Assembly (NCBI GenBank): GCA_021825945.1
Contig: JAKAFN010000002.1
Span: 41,915 to 105,914 of the forward strand
From: Pseudomonadota bacterium
Lineage (GTDB): Bacteria; Pseudomonadota; Gammaproteobacteria; Burkholderiales; Burkholderiaceae_F
DNA: 64,000 bases
Reading direction: 5' to 3'
Below, in pieces: positions 37,861 through 46,776 of this stretch. Each line of letters starts with the position of its first letter. The stretch's first letter is position 1. The translations under genes and the position numbers were made by a program. The notes beneath the pieces are model-generated. The model saw nothing but the letters and a program-made list of their open reading frames with translations. It did not search any database and was not told the origin of the DNA.

Positions 37861-38262
37861 TTACTTCAGGTTCTTGCTGACGTATTTCGTCAACTCGAAC
37901 ATCGAAACCTGCGACTTGCCGCCGAACAACGCGCGCAACTTGTCATCGGCGTTGATATTGCGGCGGTTGACCGTGTCCTGCAACTTGTTCTTCTTGATGT
38001 AGACCCAGACCTTGCTGGTGACCTCGGTGCGAGGCATCGGGGTACTACCGATCACCGCCGCCAGCGGGCCGACCGGCGTCAACGGCTTCATGAATGCCGC
38101 ATTCGGCGTGCGCACCGCCTTCTTCGCCGCGACTTTCTTGGCCGGAGCCTTTTTCACGGCCGCAGTTTTCGCTGGTGCCTTCTTCGCCGCGACTTTCTTG
38201 GCCGGAGCCTTGCTCACGGCTTTCTTCACAGCTTTTTTCGCGGCTTTCTTGGCAGTAGCCAT
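37861..38262 (-). CDS. SWIB/MDM2-domain protein with histone-H1-like Lys/Ala/Pro-rich N-terminus
   Basis: MATAKKAAKK...APAKKVAAKK repeats, then LAAVIG, PRTEVTSKVWVYIKKNKLQD, INADDKL, VSMFEL. Confidence 0.87.
   Translation of the reverse strand: MATAKKAAKKAVKKAVSKAPAKKVAAKKAPAKTAAVKKAPAKKVAAKKAVRTPNAAFMKPLTPVGPLAAVIGSTPMPRTEVTSKVWVYIKKNKLQDTVNRRNINADDKLRALFGGKSQVSMFELTKYVSKNLK
38117..38211. repeat. 35-bp perfect direct repeat with 60-bp period inside the SWIB gene
   Basis: GCCTTCTTCGCCGCGACTTTCTTGGCCGGAGCCTT at 38117-38151 and 38177-38211; encodes KAPAKKVAAKK twice. Confidence 0.85.
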
Positions 38263-38584
38263 CGACGATCTCCTATAGATTTTCCAAAAGCGTTCGGGGC
38301 GGCGGCGCAGACGGCAATCACGTCCCGCCACAACTGCGGGGCCGCAAAGAACGAGCCCCGTTACGTGCCCGCAATACTATGCGAATCGCCGAGAGACGCA
38401 AGCGTTTTCCGAAGGGAAAGTATGTTTCGCGCGACCATTTTGCCCAGTGGTGCGATGATGTGGCCGCGCAGGCCGGAAACGGCCGCAATAGCCCGCCCAC
38501 AACTTGTGGGCCGTTTTCGGATCAAGATACAAGATCATGTGGGGATCCCGAGAACCGTGGACGGACGATAGAATCGCCGCGCCG

Positions 38585-39394
38585 ATGCCGTTCACTCCTC
38601 CCCACCCCGATCTTCGTGCCCCCGCCCTGGTCGCGGCGTTTGCCGCGCTCAGCGCGCTGGCTGCGCTCGCGCTGGCGGACGGCGGCCTCGACCATCCGCT
38701 CTTTGCTGCGATCAACGGGTTCGCCGCCCGCGATCTCCCGCGAGGACTGCCCAGTGACCTGACCATTCTCGGCCATGGGTTGGTTGCCATGATGCTGCTG
38801 GCCCCGTTCCTGGCGTCAAACCCGCGGGTGCTCGCCGCGGGAATTTTTGCCGCACCCGTGGCCGGCCTGCTCTCCTGGGCCGGCAAAACCGCCTTGGGTC
38901 GCCCGCGGCCCGCCGCCGCCCTCGGCGCGAACCACCTCTACATCGAGGGGCAGACCCTGGCGGGCCACAATTCCTTTCCTTCCGGGCACGCGATCACGAT
39001 CTTCCTCGTCGCGACCGTGCTGATCCTGACATGCCGGCCCATCCGGAATCGCCCCATCCTCGCCGGCGCCGCGCTCGGTGCGGCGCTGGTTGCCGCATCG
39101 TCACGCGTCCTGGTCGGGGCCCACTGGCCCTCCGATGTCCTGGGCGGCGCGACGCTCGGGATCATTTCCGGCGGGTTCGGAGCATGGGTATCGATGCGAC
39201 TACCGACCCATTCCCGCCGGGCCCGGGGCGTGCTCGGCGTCGTGGTGCTGGCATGCTCGGCAGCGCTTGCGATCACGAATACCGGATACCCGCTGGCCCA
39301 GCCCCTGCAGTGGATCGCTGCCGCGGTCGGGGGCGTGATGGGCCTGTGGGCGATCGTGCGTTCGGCGTGCCCGGGGAACGCCCAGTGGGGATGA
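38585..39394 (+). CDS. PAP2 family membrane phosphatase
   Basis: KTALGRPRP, SFPSGH, SRVLVGAHWPSDV. Start moved to ATG 38585. Confidence 0.87.
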   Translation: MPFTPPHPDLRAPALVAAFAALSALAALALADGGLDHPLFAAINGFAARDLPRGLPSDLTILGHGLVAMMLLAPFLASNPRVLAAGIFAAPVAGLLSWAGKTALGRPRPAAALGANHLYIEGQTLAGHNSFPSGHAITIFLVATVLILTCRPIRNRPILAGAALGAALVAASSRVLVGAHWPSDVLGGATLGIISGGFGAWVSMRLPTHSRRARGVLGVVVLACSAALAITNTGYPLAQPLQWIAAAVGGVMGLWAIVRSACPGNAQWG

Positions 39395-40971
39395 GCCTCG
39401 CGCCAGGATGGTTGGCACGCAACGACAAAGCCCCGCCGCCGACCCTCGCCGCAGCGCTCTTTCTTGCGGTATGCGCGCTGCTGCTGCTGCCGACCCTGGG
39501 GCGCTACCCGCTCTTCGACATCGACGAAGGCGCCTTCTCCGAGGCGACGCGAGAGATCCTACGCAGCGGCGACTGGATCTCGACTACTCTGAACGGCCTC
39601 CCGCGCTACGACAAGCCGATCCTGATCTATTGGCTGCAGGCGGTGAGCGTGAAGGCATTCGGCCTGAACGAATTTGCCTTGCGCCTGCCGTCGGGCCTCG
39701 CAGGGCTGGCGTGGGTCGCCGCGATCCTCCGCTTCAGCGCACCCCGCCTGGGAATCCGCAGCGCGTTCGCCGCCGCGACGATCGCGTTCACCAGCCTCGG
39801 GGTGACCGCGATGGCCCATGCCGCCACCGCGGATGCCCTGCTCAACGCACTGCTTGCCGCCACGATGTTCGACCTGTGGCGCACCCTGGAAGGGCAAGGC
39901 CGCGCAGCGCTGCTGCGCTGTTATGCCTGGATCGCCCTCGGCTTGCTGACCAAAGGCCCGATCGCCATCTTGATTCCGGTCGCAGTGGGAATCCTGTATT
40001 GCGCCGTCGCCAAACGATGGCGCGACGCCCTGCGCGTGGCCGTCGATCCGATCGGCTGGATGATCCTGATCGCGATCGCGGCCCCGTGGTATGCCGCGCA
40101 GCTCGTCATCCATGGATGGGATTTCATCCAAGGATTCCTGATCCACCACAATCTGCAGCGCTTCGGCGGAACGCTCGAGGGCCACGCCGGGAGCCCGTTC
40201 TATTACCTCATCGTCCTGCCGCTGCTGCTTGCCCCCTGGAGCGGACTGCTCTGGCGCACGGTGCGCCCGCTACGGCAGGACTGGCACGGCGCTCTGCCAC
40301 GATTCCTCTGGCTGTGGTTCGGATTCGTCCTCGTCTTCTTTTCTCTTTCCGGAACCAAGCTGCCGCACTATCTGCTCTACGGCATGACGCCGATATTCCT
40401 GCTTGCCGCGCGGCGCATCGAAGTGCGCGGCACCGCGGGGCTGCTGTTGCTGCCGGGCGCGCTGTTGCTGTTGCTGCCGGCGGCGCCCGCGATCACGCAG
40501 TGGTTCGCCGACGCGCGCATACATGCCGATCCGGACTTTTGGGCCGCGCAGACCCGGCGTGCCCTGGCGACCGCAACCGGAACCTATTACGAGATGAGCG
40601 GATCCGCCGCCGTCGCGGGCATCCTGCTTGCGACGCGGCGCGCCATCGCGCCTGCCTGGCGGGCCGCCGGGATGTGCTTCCTCCTCACGGCGTCGGTGGG
40701 ATTCGCGTTTCTTCCATGGCTCGGCAACCTGTTGAGCGGCCCGACCAAACGCGCCGGGGAAATCGCCGCCACCCTGCCGGGACCGGTCGTGCAATGGAAC
40801 ATCACCGTCCCCAGTTTCAGCGTCTACCGCCGGCACAGGACGCCATCGCGTCCGCCGGAACCCGGCGAATATGCGATCACCCGGACCGATCGCCCGGTGC
40901 CGGACGTACCGGTGAAGGTGCTGTTCCGGGAGGGCGGCGTCGAACTGGTACAGCGACTCCCGTCCCGCTGA
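39391..40971 (+). CDS. ArnT/GT39 family glycosyltransferase
   Basis: DIDEGAF, YDKPILIYW, GLNEFALRLPS, GLLTKGP, GTKLPHY. ATGA overlap with the PAP2 stop. Confidence 0.86.
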   Translation: MSLAPGWLARNDKAPPPTLAAALFLAVCALLLLPTLGRYPLFDIDEGAFSEATREILRSGDWISTTLNGLPRYDKPILIYWLQAVSVKAFGLNEFALRLPSGLAGLAWVAAILRFSAPRLGIRSAFAAATIAFTSLGVTAMAHAATADALLNALLAATMFDLWRTLEGQGRAALLRCYAWIALGLLTKGPIAILIPVAVGILYCAVAKRWRDALRVAVDPIGWMILIAIAAPWYAAQLVIHGWDFIQGFLIHHNLQRFGGTLEGHAGSPFYYLIVLPLLLAPWSGLLWRTVRPLRQDWHGALPRFLWLWFGFVLVFFSLSGTKLPHYLLYGMTPIFLLAARRIEVRGTAGLLLLPGALLLLLPAAPAITQWFADARIHADPDFWAAQTRRALATATGTYYEMSGSAAVAGILLATRRAIAPAWRAAGMCFLLTASVGFAFLPWLGNLLSGPTKRAGEIAATLPGPVVQWNITVPSFSVYRRHRTPSRPPEPGEYAITRTDRPVPDVPVKVLFREGGVELVQRLPSR

Positions 40972-40998
40972 AGAAGCCGATTCCGCGGGCGGGATCGG

Positions 40999-41397
40999 CT
41001 ATCCGCCCGCGGCGCTCCGCCCGCCCCCGCCCACCGCCGCCACCGCCGTGGCCACCCAGCCCGACAGGAAGCAGAGCCCTCCGAACGGCGTGGCAAACCC
41101 GACGCCACGGGGAGCCCCCAGTGCCAGGGCATAGAGGCTGCCGCTGAACAGCAGGATGCCGCCAACGAAACAGCCGGCCGCGATCCGCGCCGCACGTCCG
41201 GCCCAGCGCTGCTGGGCCGAAGAAACGAACAGCAACGCGAGCGCATGGATCATCTGATAGTGCGCCGCGGTCTGGTATACCGCCATCAGGTCCGGCGTCA
41301 GCCGGGCACGCAGGGCATGCGCACCGATCGCGCCGGCGGCAACGCCCACGAATCCAAAAACGGCACCCGCCAGTGCGGAAAAACGGGAAGAATCCAT
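40999..41397 (-). CDS. DUF423 (YgdD/TMEM256) small membrane protein
   Basis: GVAAGAIGAH, QTAAHYQMIHAL, LFSGSLY, ATPFGG. Confidence 0.87.
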   Translation of the reverse strand: MDSSRFSALAGAVFGFVGVAAGAIGAHALRARLTPDLMAVYQTAAHYQMIHALALLFVSSAQQRWAGRAARIAAGCFVGGILLFSGSLYALALGAPRGVGFATPFGGLCFLSGWVATAVAAVGGGGRSAAGG

Positions 41398-41639
41398 GCC
41401 CCAGTCCAGTCGCATCGGAATGATCCCGGCATTTTCTCCCAACTCGACCGCGGTCGGCGCACCCGGGTCCGGACACCGCCCCCGCATCGGCAGCCTCGCA
41501 ACGTCCTCGGCAAGAATCATCGAGGATCCCGTGCCGAAACCCGCCACCTCGTCATGCGTGTCGCACATCAGCGGGATCGATTGGGCCGCACAACACCATG
41601 GGGAGCACCCGGCGCTCAGGTCGCGCAGCGCAACCATGG

Positions 41640-41690
41640 AAAAAAGAGCGGTCCCAGGCCCGAACTTTGGAGGGGATCGGCCCCGGGACC
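41640..41690 (-). terminator. Intrinsic terminator-like hairpin with U-tract
   Basis: Minus strand GGTCCCGGGGCCGA, 13-nt loop TCCCCTCCAAAGT, TCGGGCCTGGGACC, then GCTCTTTTTT. Confidence 0.62.
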
Positions 41691-41745
41691 ACGACGACCC
41701 CAGGTGGTGAGGGTCATGCGTCGCCCGCAACAAACAAGCAAACTA
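41640..41745 (-). ncRNA. Candidate ~100-nt small RNA or attenuated leader divergent from nsrR
   Basis: Bounded by a predicted promoter and terminator. Has a U-rich 5' end, two hairpins and a C-rich loop. No convincing RBS or ORF. Confidence 0.4.
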
Positions 41746-41817
41746 GATGTATCTTATATGAAATCTCCGGCATTCGCAAATGCAAATACCAATCATAAGA
41801 AATCTATGCATTACATC
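41746..41817. promoter_or_regulatory. Two NsrR-like boxes
   Basis: GATGTAT-CTTAT-ATGAAAT (41746-41764) and GAAATCT-ATGCA-TTACATC (41799-41817) versus consensus GATGYAT-N5-ATRCATC. Each has one near-perfect and one weak half. Located directly upstream of nsrR. Confidence 0.5.
41751..41779 (-). promoter_or_regulatory. Sigma70-type promoter, minus strand
   Basis: TTGCGA (41779-41774), 17 nt, TAAGAT (41756-41751) in an AT-rich stretch. Confidence 0.55.
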
Positions 41818-41901
41818 TTTTTGGGAAAGCCGGAACTCGACTCCAACGACCGCCCCATCGGAAGGAGCGGCAAACCGGGGAAATCCTGCTAGGCTGCTCG
41901 C

Positions 41902-42399
41902 ATGCAACTTACGAGATTCACGGACTATTCTCTTCGCGTACTGGTCTACCTGGGCGCCCACCCCGAGCGGCTGTGCACGATCTCGGAAATCGCAGAGAGC
42001 TACGGCATCTCGGAAAACCACCTGATGAAGGTCGTCAACCGCCTGTCCACGGCGGGATACATCGAGACCCTGCGCGGAAAGGGCGGCGGGATGCACCTGT
42101 CGCGCGCACCCAAGCTGATCAACATCGGCGACGTCGTGCGGCACATGGAAGATCGCCTCGACATCGTCGAATGCTTCAACGCCGAGCACCAGGACTGTCC
42201 GCTGCTCCCCGCCTGCACGCTGAAGTCCGTGCTGTCCGACGCGCGACGCAACTTCATGGCGACGCTCGACCGACACACCCTGCAGGACGTCCTCGGCAGC
42301 GGCATGAGCGGCGTATTCGCCGTCGCACGGACGACACGGATCTCCCCCCAGATTCCGGTCCGCCAAAAGAAACGGGCCGAGAATCCGCTGGCGGATTGA
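41902..42399 (+). CDS. nsrR: Rrf2 family regulator, NsrR-type (NO-sensing Fe-S repressor)
   Basis: MQLTRFTDYSLRVLVYL, NHLMKVV, RGKGGG, three Cys ligands (ECF...DCPL..AC). Confidence 0.82.
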   Translation: MQLTRFTDYSLRVLVYLGAHPERLCTISEIAESYGISENHLMKVVNRLSTAGYIETLRGKGGGMHLSRAPKLINIGDVVRHMEDRLDIVECFNAEHQDCPLLPACTLKSVLSDARRNFMATLDRHTLQDVLGSGMSGVFAVARTTRISPQIPVRQKKRAENPLAD

Positions 42400-42434
42400 C
42401 GGCCCGTTCCGGCATACGCCTTCCCGGCTCTGCA

Positions 42435-42470
42435 ACCGCCCCTCTTCCGCCGCGGCGGAAGAGGGGCGGT
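42435..42470. terminator. 36-bp perfect palindrome between convergent nsrR and amtB
   Basis: ACCGCCCCTCTTCCGCCGCGGCGGAAGAGGGGCGGT is its own reverse complement; 7 nt from the amtB stop. Confidence 0.75.
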
Positions 42471-42477
42471 CCTCAGA

Positions 42478-43983
42478 TTAGTAGTGATAGGCGGTCTCGC
42501 CGTGGTACGAGGTGTCGAGACCTTCGCGCTCCTCCTCTTCCTTGACGCGGATGCCCACGAGCATGTCGGCAACCTTGAACGAGATGAACGACACCGTCGC
42601 AGTCCACACCACCGTCAGGCCGACGGCCTTGGCCTGGATCAGCAGCTGGGCCAGGATGCCGGGATAGCCGGTCTTCATGGTGACCCAATCCTGCACGGAG
42701 CCCGGACCGCCCAGGCTGGGGTCGTTGAAGATGCCGGTGAGCAGCGCGCCGGCGATCCCGCCCAGCGCATGGACCCCGAACACGTCGAGTGCATCGTCGA
42801 CGCCGATCATCCGCTTGAGGCCGGTAACGCCCCAGAAGCACAGGGGGCCGACGAGCAGGCCGATGACGAACGCGCCGGCGATGCCGACGTTGCCGGCGGC
42901 GGGGGTGATCGCGACGAGGCCCGCCACGGCGCCCGACGCGGCACCGAGCATCGACGGCTTGCCCTTGACCATCCACTCGACGAACATCCACGACAGCACT
43001 GCCATGGCCGTCGCCAGGTAAGTGTTCATGAAGGCCAGCGCGGCAGAGCCGTTGGCTTCCAGCGCCGAGCCGGCATTGAACCCGAACCATCCGAACCACA
43101 GCAGCGAAGCCCCGATCATCGTCATGGTCAGACTATGGGGCGCCATCGATTCCTTGCCCAGACCGATCCGTTTGCCCAGCAGGATCGCGGCGACGAGCCC
43201 GGCAACCCCGGAGTTGATGTGCACCACGGTACCGCCCGCGAAGTCCAGGGCCCCCCATTGCCAGAGCAGACCGGCCTTGGCATTCATGGCATCGGCCACC
43301 TTGGCGCTCGTATAGGCGTCCGGCCCCTCGAAGAACCACACCATGTGTGCAATCGGCAGGTAGCTCAGCGTGAACCAGATCGTGATCGCGATCAGCACGG
43401 CGGAAAACTTGATCCGCTCGACGATCGCCCCCAACAACAGGCAACCCGTGATCGCCGCGAACGTGGCCTGGAACCCGACATAGACCAACTCCGGCAGCGG
43501 GGTGGCCTTGTCGAAGGTCGACGCCATCGAGAAGTTCCCCGTTGCCGGATCGAACGTGCCGTTCAGGAACAGGCGGCTGAACCCGCCGATGAACGGCGCA
43601 AGGCTGCCACTTCCTTCCGTAAACGCGAGACTGTAGCCGTACACGCACCAGAGAACCGTGATGAGGGAGAAGACCACCAGCACCTGCATCAGGACCGACA
43701 GCATGTTCTTGGTCCGCACCAGACCACCATAGAACAGCGCCAGGCCCGGAACGGACATCAGCAGCACCAGCGCGGTCGAGGTCAGCATCCAAGCCACGTC
43801 GCCCTTGTTCGGCGTCGGCGCCGGCGCTGCAGCGGGGGCTGCCGCCGGCGCAGGTGCGGCAACGGCAGCGGCTGCCACCGGCGCCGAGGAAGGCCCGTTG
43901 TCCGCCCAGGCCGGAGCCAAGCCGGCCACTCCCAGCACGGTCGCCGCCGCGACCCATGCAAGCCATTTCTTCAATCGTTTCAT
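42478..43983 (-). CDS. amtB: Ammonium transporter AmtB
   Basis: PGLALFYGGLVR, FQATFAAIT, LDFAGGTVVHINSG, WFGWFGFNAGS, GAVAGLVAITP, DDALDVFGVH; signal-like N-terminal extension. Confidence 0.97.
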   Translation of the reverse strand: MKRLKKWLAWVAAATVLGVAGLAPAWADNGPSSAPVAAAAVAAPAPAAAPAAAPAPTPNKGDVAWMLTSTALVLLMSVPGLALFYGGLVRTKNMLSVLMQVLVVFSLITVLWCVYGYSLAFTEGSGSLAPFIGGFSRLFLNGTFDPATGNFSMASTFDKATPLPELVYVGFQATFAAITGCLLLGAIVERIKFSAVLIAITIWFTLSYLPIAHMVWFFEGPDAYTSAKVADAMNAKAGLLWQWGALDFAGGTVVHINSGVAGLVAAILLGKRIGLGKESMAPHSLTMTMIGASLLWFGWFGFNAGSALEANGSAALAFMNTYLATAMAVLSWMFVEWMVKGKPSMLGAASGAVAGLVAITPAAGNVGIAGAFVIGLLVGPLCFWGVTGLKRMIGVDDALDVFGVHALGGIAGALLTGIFNDPSLGGPGSVQDWVTMKTGYPGILAQLLIQAKAVGLTVVWTATVSFISFKVADMLVGIRVKEEEEREGLDTSYHGETAYHY

Positions 43984-44007
43984 TTTCGTCGATTCCTTGT
44001 CCGGGGG

Positions 44008-44634
<627 letters not shown>

Positions 44635-44666
44635 CTATTCGGCATCCACCTGAACCCGATCCCGGC

Positions 44667-44897
44667 ATGGATACTCCCTCATTCCTGGAAGATCTGCAGC
44701 AGCGTCTGTCCGCGCTATTCGCCGCCACGCCGGCTGCCGACATTCAGCAAAACTTGAAGGCACTGCTCGTCCAGCAGTTCACCAAACTCGACCTCGTCAC
44801 GCGCGAGGAGTTCGACGTGCAACGCGCCGTGCTGGAGAAGGCAACGGAACGCATCGACGCCCTGGAGGCGCGCGTGGCCGAACTCGAAAAGCGCTGA
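44667..44897 (+). CDS. ubiK: Ubiquinone biosynthesis accessory factor UbiK (YqiC)
   Basis: 76 aa; KLDLVTREEFDVQRAVL and a coiled-coil tail. Typical position divergent from glnK. Confidence 0.87.
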   Translation: MDTPSFLEDLQQRLSALFAATPAADIQQNLKALLVQQFTKLDLVTREEFDVQRAVLEKATERIDALEARVAELEKR

Positions 44898-44969
44898 GCG
44901 GGCATGCCGTTCGGCGGCACGACCGGTCCTGAGTTCGGTCGCGTACCGCGGCCCGCAACCGACCAACCT

Positions 44970-45048
44970 CGTCATCGCGAAGCCCCACCGACCGTGTGGT
45001 GATCCAGGGAACGCCTGGATTGCTTCCGGCTGCGCCCTCGCAATGACG
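44970..45048. repeat. Short nested-palindromic intergenic element (REP/RIME-like), single copy in window
   Basis: Outer arms CGTCATCGCGA / TCGCAATGACG, inner arms ATCCAGG / CCTGGAT and GAAGC / GCTTC. Resembles the proteobacterial GTCATTGCGA...TGGATTGCTTC...CTCGCAATGAC repeat. Confidence 0.6.
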
Positions 45049-45208
45049 GTGGTTTGCCGTTGACGGCCGCCGGCACGTTCTCCGGGGGCATGCGAGAGCG
45101 CTACCGCGCCCGGTCAGGTACATTTGGGGTTTTGGGTCGATACTCCGGCCCTCCATCCTCCTCGCCCAACCGATCCGACGGCGCTCATCGCCCACGATTT
45201 CGCCTTTC

Positions 45209-46738
45209 ATGACGCTTGCAGTCGTCCGCAGTCGCGCCCTCTCCGGCATGCTCGCGCCGGAAGTGACGATCGAGGTCCATCTGGCAAACGGTCTGCCAGC
45301 ATTTTCCCTGGTTGGACTGCCCGATGCGGAAGTACGGGAAGCGCGGGAGCGCGTGCGGGCGGCGCTACTCAATTGCAAGTTCGATTTCCCGGCCCGCCGC
45401 ATCACGGTGAACATGGCACCCGCCGGACTCCCGAAGGAATCCACGCGCTTCGACCTGCCGATCGCCATCGGCATCCTCGCCGCCAGCGGACAACTGCCGA
45501 CGCGTGCATTGGACCAGTTCGAGTTCGTGGGGGAACTGTCATTGTCCGGCGAGCTGCGCCCCATCACCGGCACGGTCGCGATGGCGTATGCCGTTTCCCG
45601 CAGCGTCCAGAAGCGCGCGCCGCGCGGCTTCATCCTGCCGCGGGAGAACGCCGACGAAGCCGCCCTCGTCGGCGACGTCACGGTATACCCCGCGAAGGAT
45701 CTTCGACAAGTGGTTTCGCATCTGCATCACGCGGCGGGCGACACCGAGGCGGGAAAGCTCGCCATACATTTTGCGCAGGTACGGCTCACCCCGCCGATCT
45801 ACCCGGATTTCGCGGACGTGAAAGGGCAGGCCGCGGCCAAGCGTGCACTGGAAATCGCCGCTGCCGGCGGCCATAGCGTGATCCTGGTCGGGCCGCCGGG
45901 CACCGGAAAATCGATGCTCGCGCAGCGCCTCCCGGGCATTCTTCCGCCCATGGACGTGGACGAGGCGCTCGAATCAGCGGCTGCATTGAGTCTCGTCGGA
46001 AAATTCGCGCCGCAGCGTTGGGCGACCCGCATGTTCCGCGCCCCGCATCACAGCGCCAGTGCCGCCGCGCTGGTCGGCGGCGGCGCCCAAGCGCTGCCGG
46101 GCGAAATCTCCCTCGCCCACCATGGCGTACTGTTCCTCGACGAACTGCCGGAGTTCGACCGCCGGGTGCTGGAATCCCTGCGCGAACCGCTGGAGACCGG
46201 CAGGATCACCATCGCCCGGGCGCAGCGCCACGTCGAGTACCCGGCCCGATTTCAGCTGATTGCCGCCATGAATCCCTGTCCCTGCGGCTACCACGGTCAT
46301 CCACAGATTCCTTGCAGTTGCACGCCGGAGATGGTTTCGCGCTACCAGGACCGCATCAGCGGCCCCCTGCTCGACCGAATCGACATGCGGGTCGACGTGC
46401 CGGCACTCACGCCGGATGAACTGACCAGCCTGCCCGACGGCGAATCGACGCAACGCATGGCGCGCCGTGTGGCCATCGCCCGCACGGTGGCGATGCAGCG
46501 CCAAGGAAAGAGCAACGACGCCTTGACCTCATCGGAGGTCGAACGCGTCTGCCGCCCCGAAGGCGCCGTGAAACAGTTGCTGCACGCCGCGACCACCCGG
46601 CTCGGGTGGTCGGCACGGGCATACAACCGCGTACTGAAGGTGGCGCGGACAATCGCGGATCTGGAAGACGCCGAAACGATCAACGCGAAACATATCGCGG
46701 AAGCAATCCAGTATCGCCGATCGCTGCGGGAAACGTAG
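45209..46738 (+). CDS. comM: YifB/ComM Mg-chelatase-related AAA+ ATPase
   Basis: EVHLANGLP, VGLPD, RITVNMAPA, GPPGTGKS, FRAPHHS, GVLFLDE, AMNPCPCG, ISGPLLDRID. Confidence 0.92.
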   Translation: MTLAVVRSRALSGMLAPEVTIEVHLANGLPAFSLVGLPDAEVREARERVRAALLNCKFDFPARRITVNMAPAGLPKESTRFDLPIAIGILAASGQLPTRALDQFEFVGELSLSGELRPITGTVAMAYAVSRSVQKRAPRGFILPRENADEAALVGDVTVYPAKDLRQVVSHLHHAAGDTEAGKLAIHFAQVRLTPPIYPDFADVKGQAAAKRALEIAAAGGHSVILVGPPGTGKSMLAQRLPGILPPMDVDEALESAAALSLVGKFAPQRWATRMFRAPHHSASAAALVGGGAQALPGEISLAHHGVLFLDELPEFDRRVLESLREPLETGRITIARAQRHVEYPARFQLIAAMNPCPCGYHGHPQIPCSCTPEMVSRYQDRISGPLLDRIDMRVDVPALTPDELTSLPDGESTQRMARRVAIARTVAMQRQGKSNDALTSSEVERVCRPEGAVKQLLHAATTRLGWSARAYNRVLKVARTIADLEDAETINAKHIAEAIQYRRSLRET

Positions 46739-46776
46739 GCGAAACGGTGTGCGGCAGATCGATGCCGCCGGCCTCC

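Noticed and set aside
38495-38540. GCCCACAA-C-TTGTGGGC palindrome and a weak NrdR-like 16-mer upstream of the PAP2 gene
   Set aside because: Chance-level arm length, no properly spaced tandem NrdR boxes, and no ribonucleotide reductase gene nearby.
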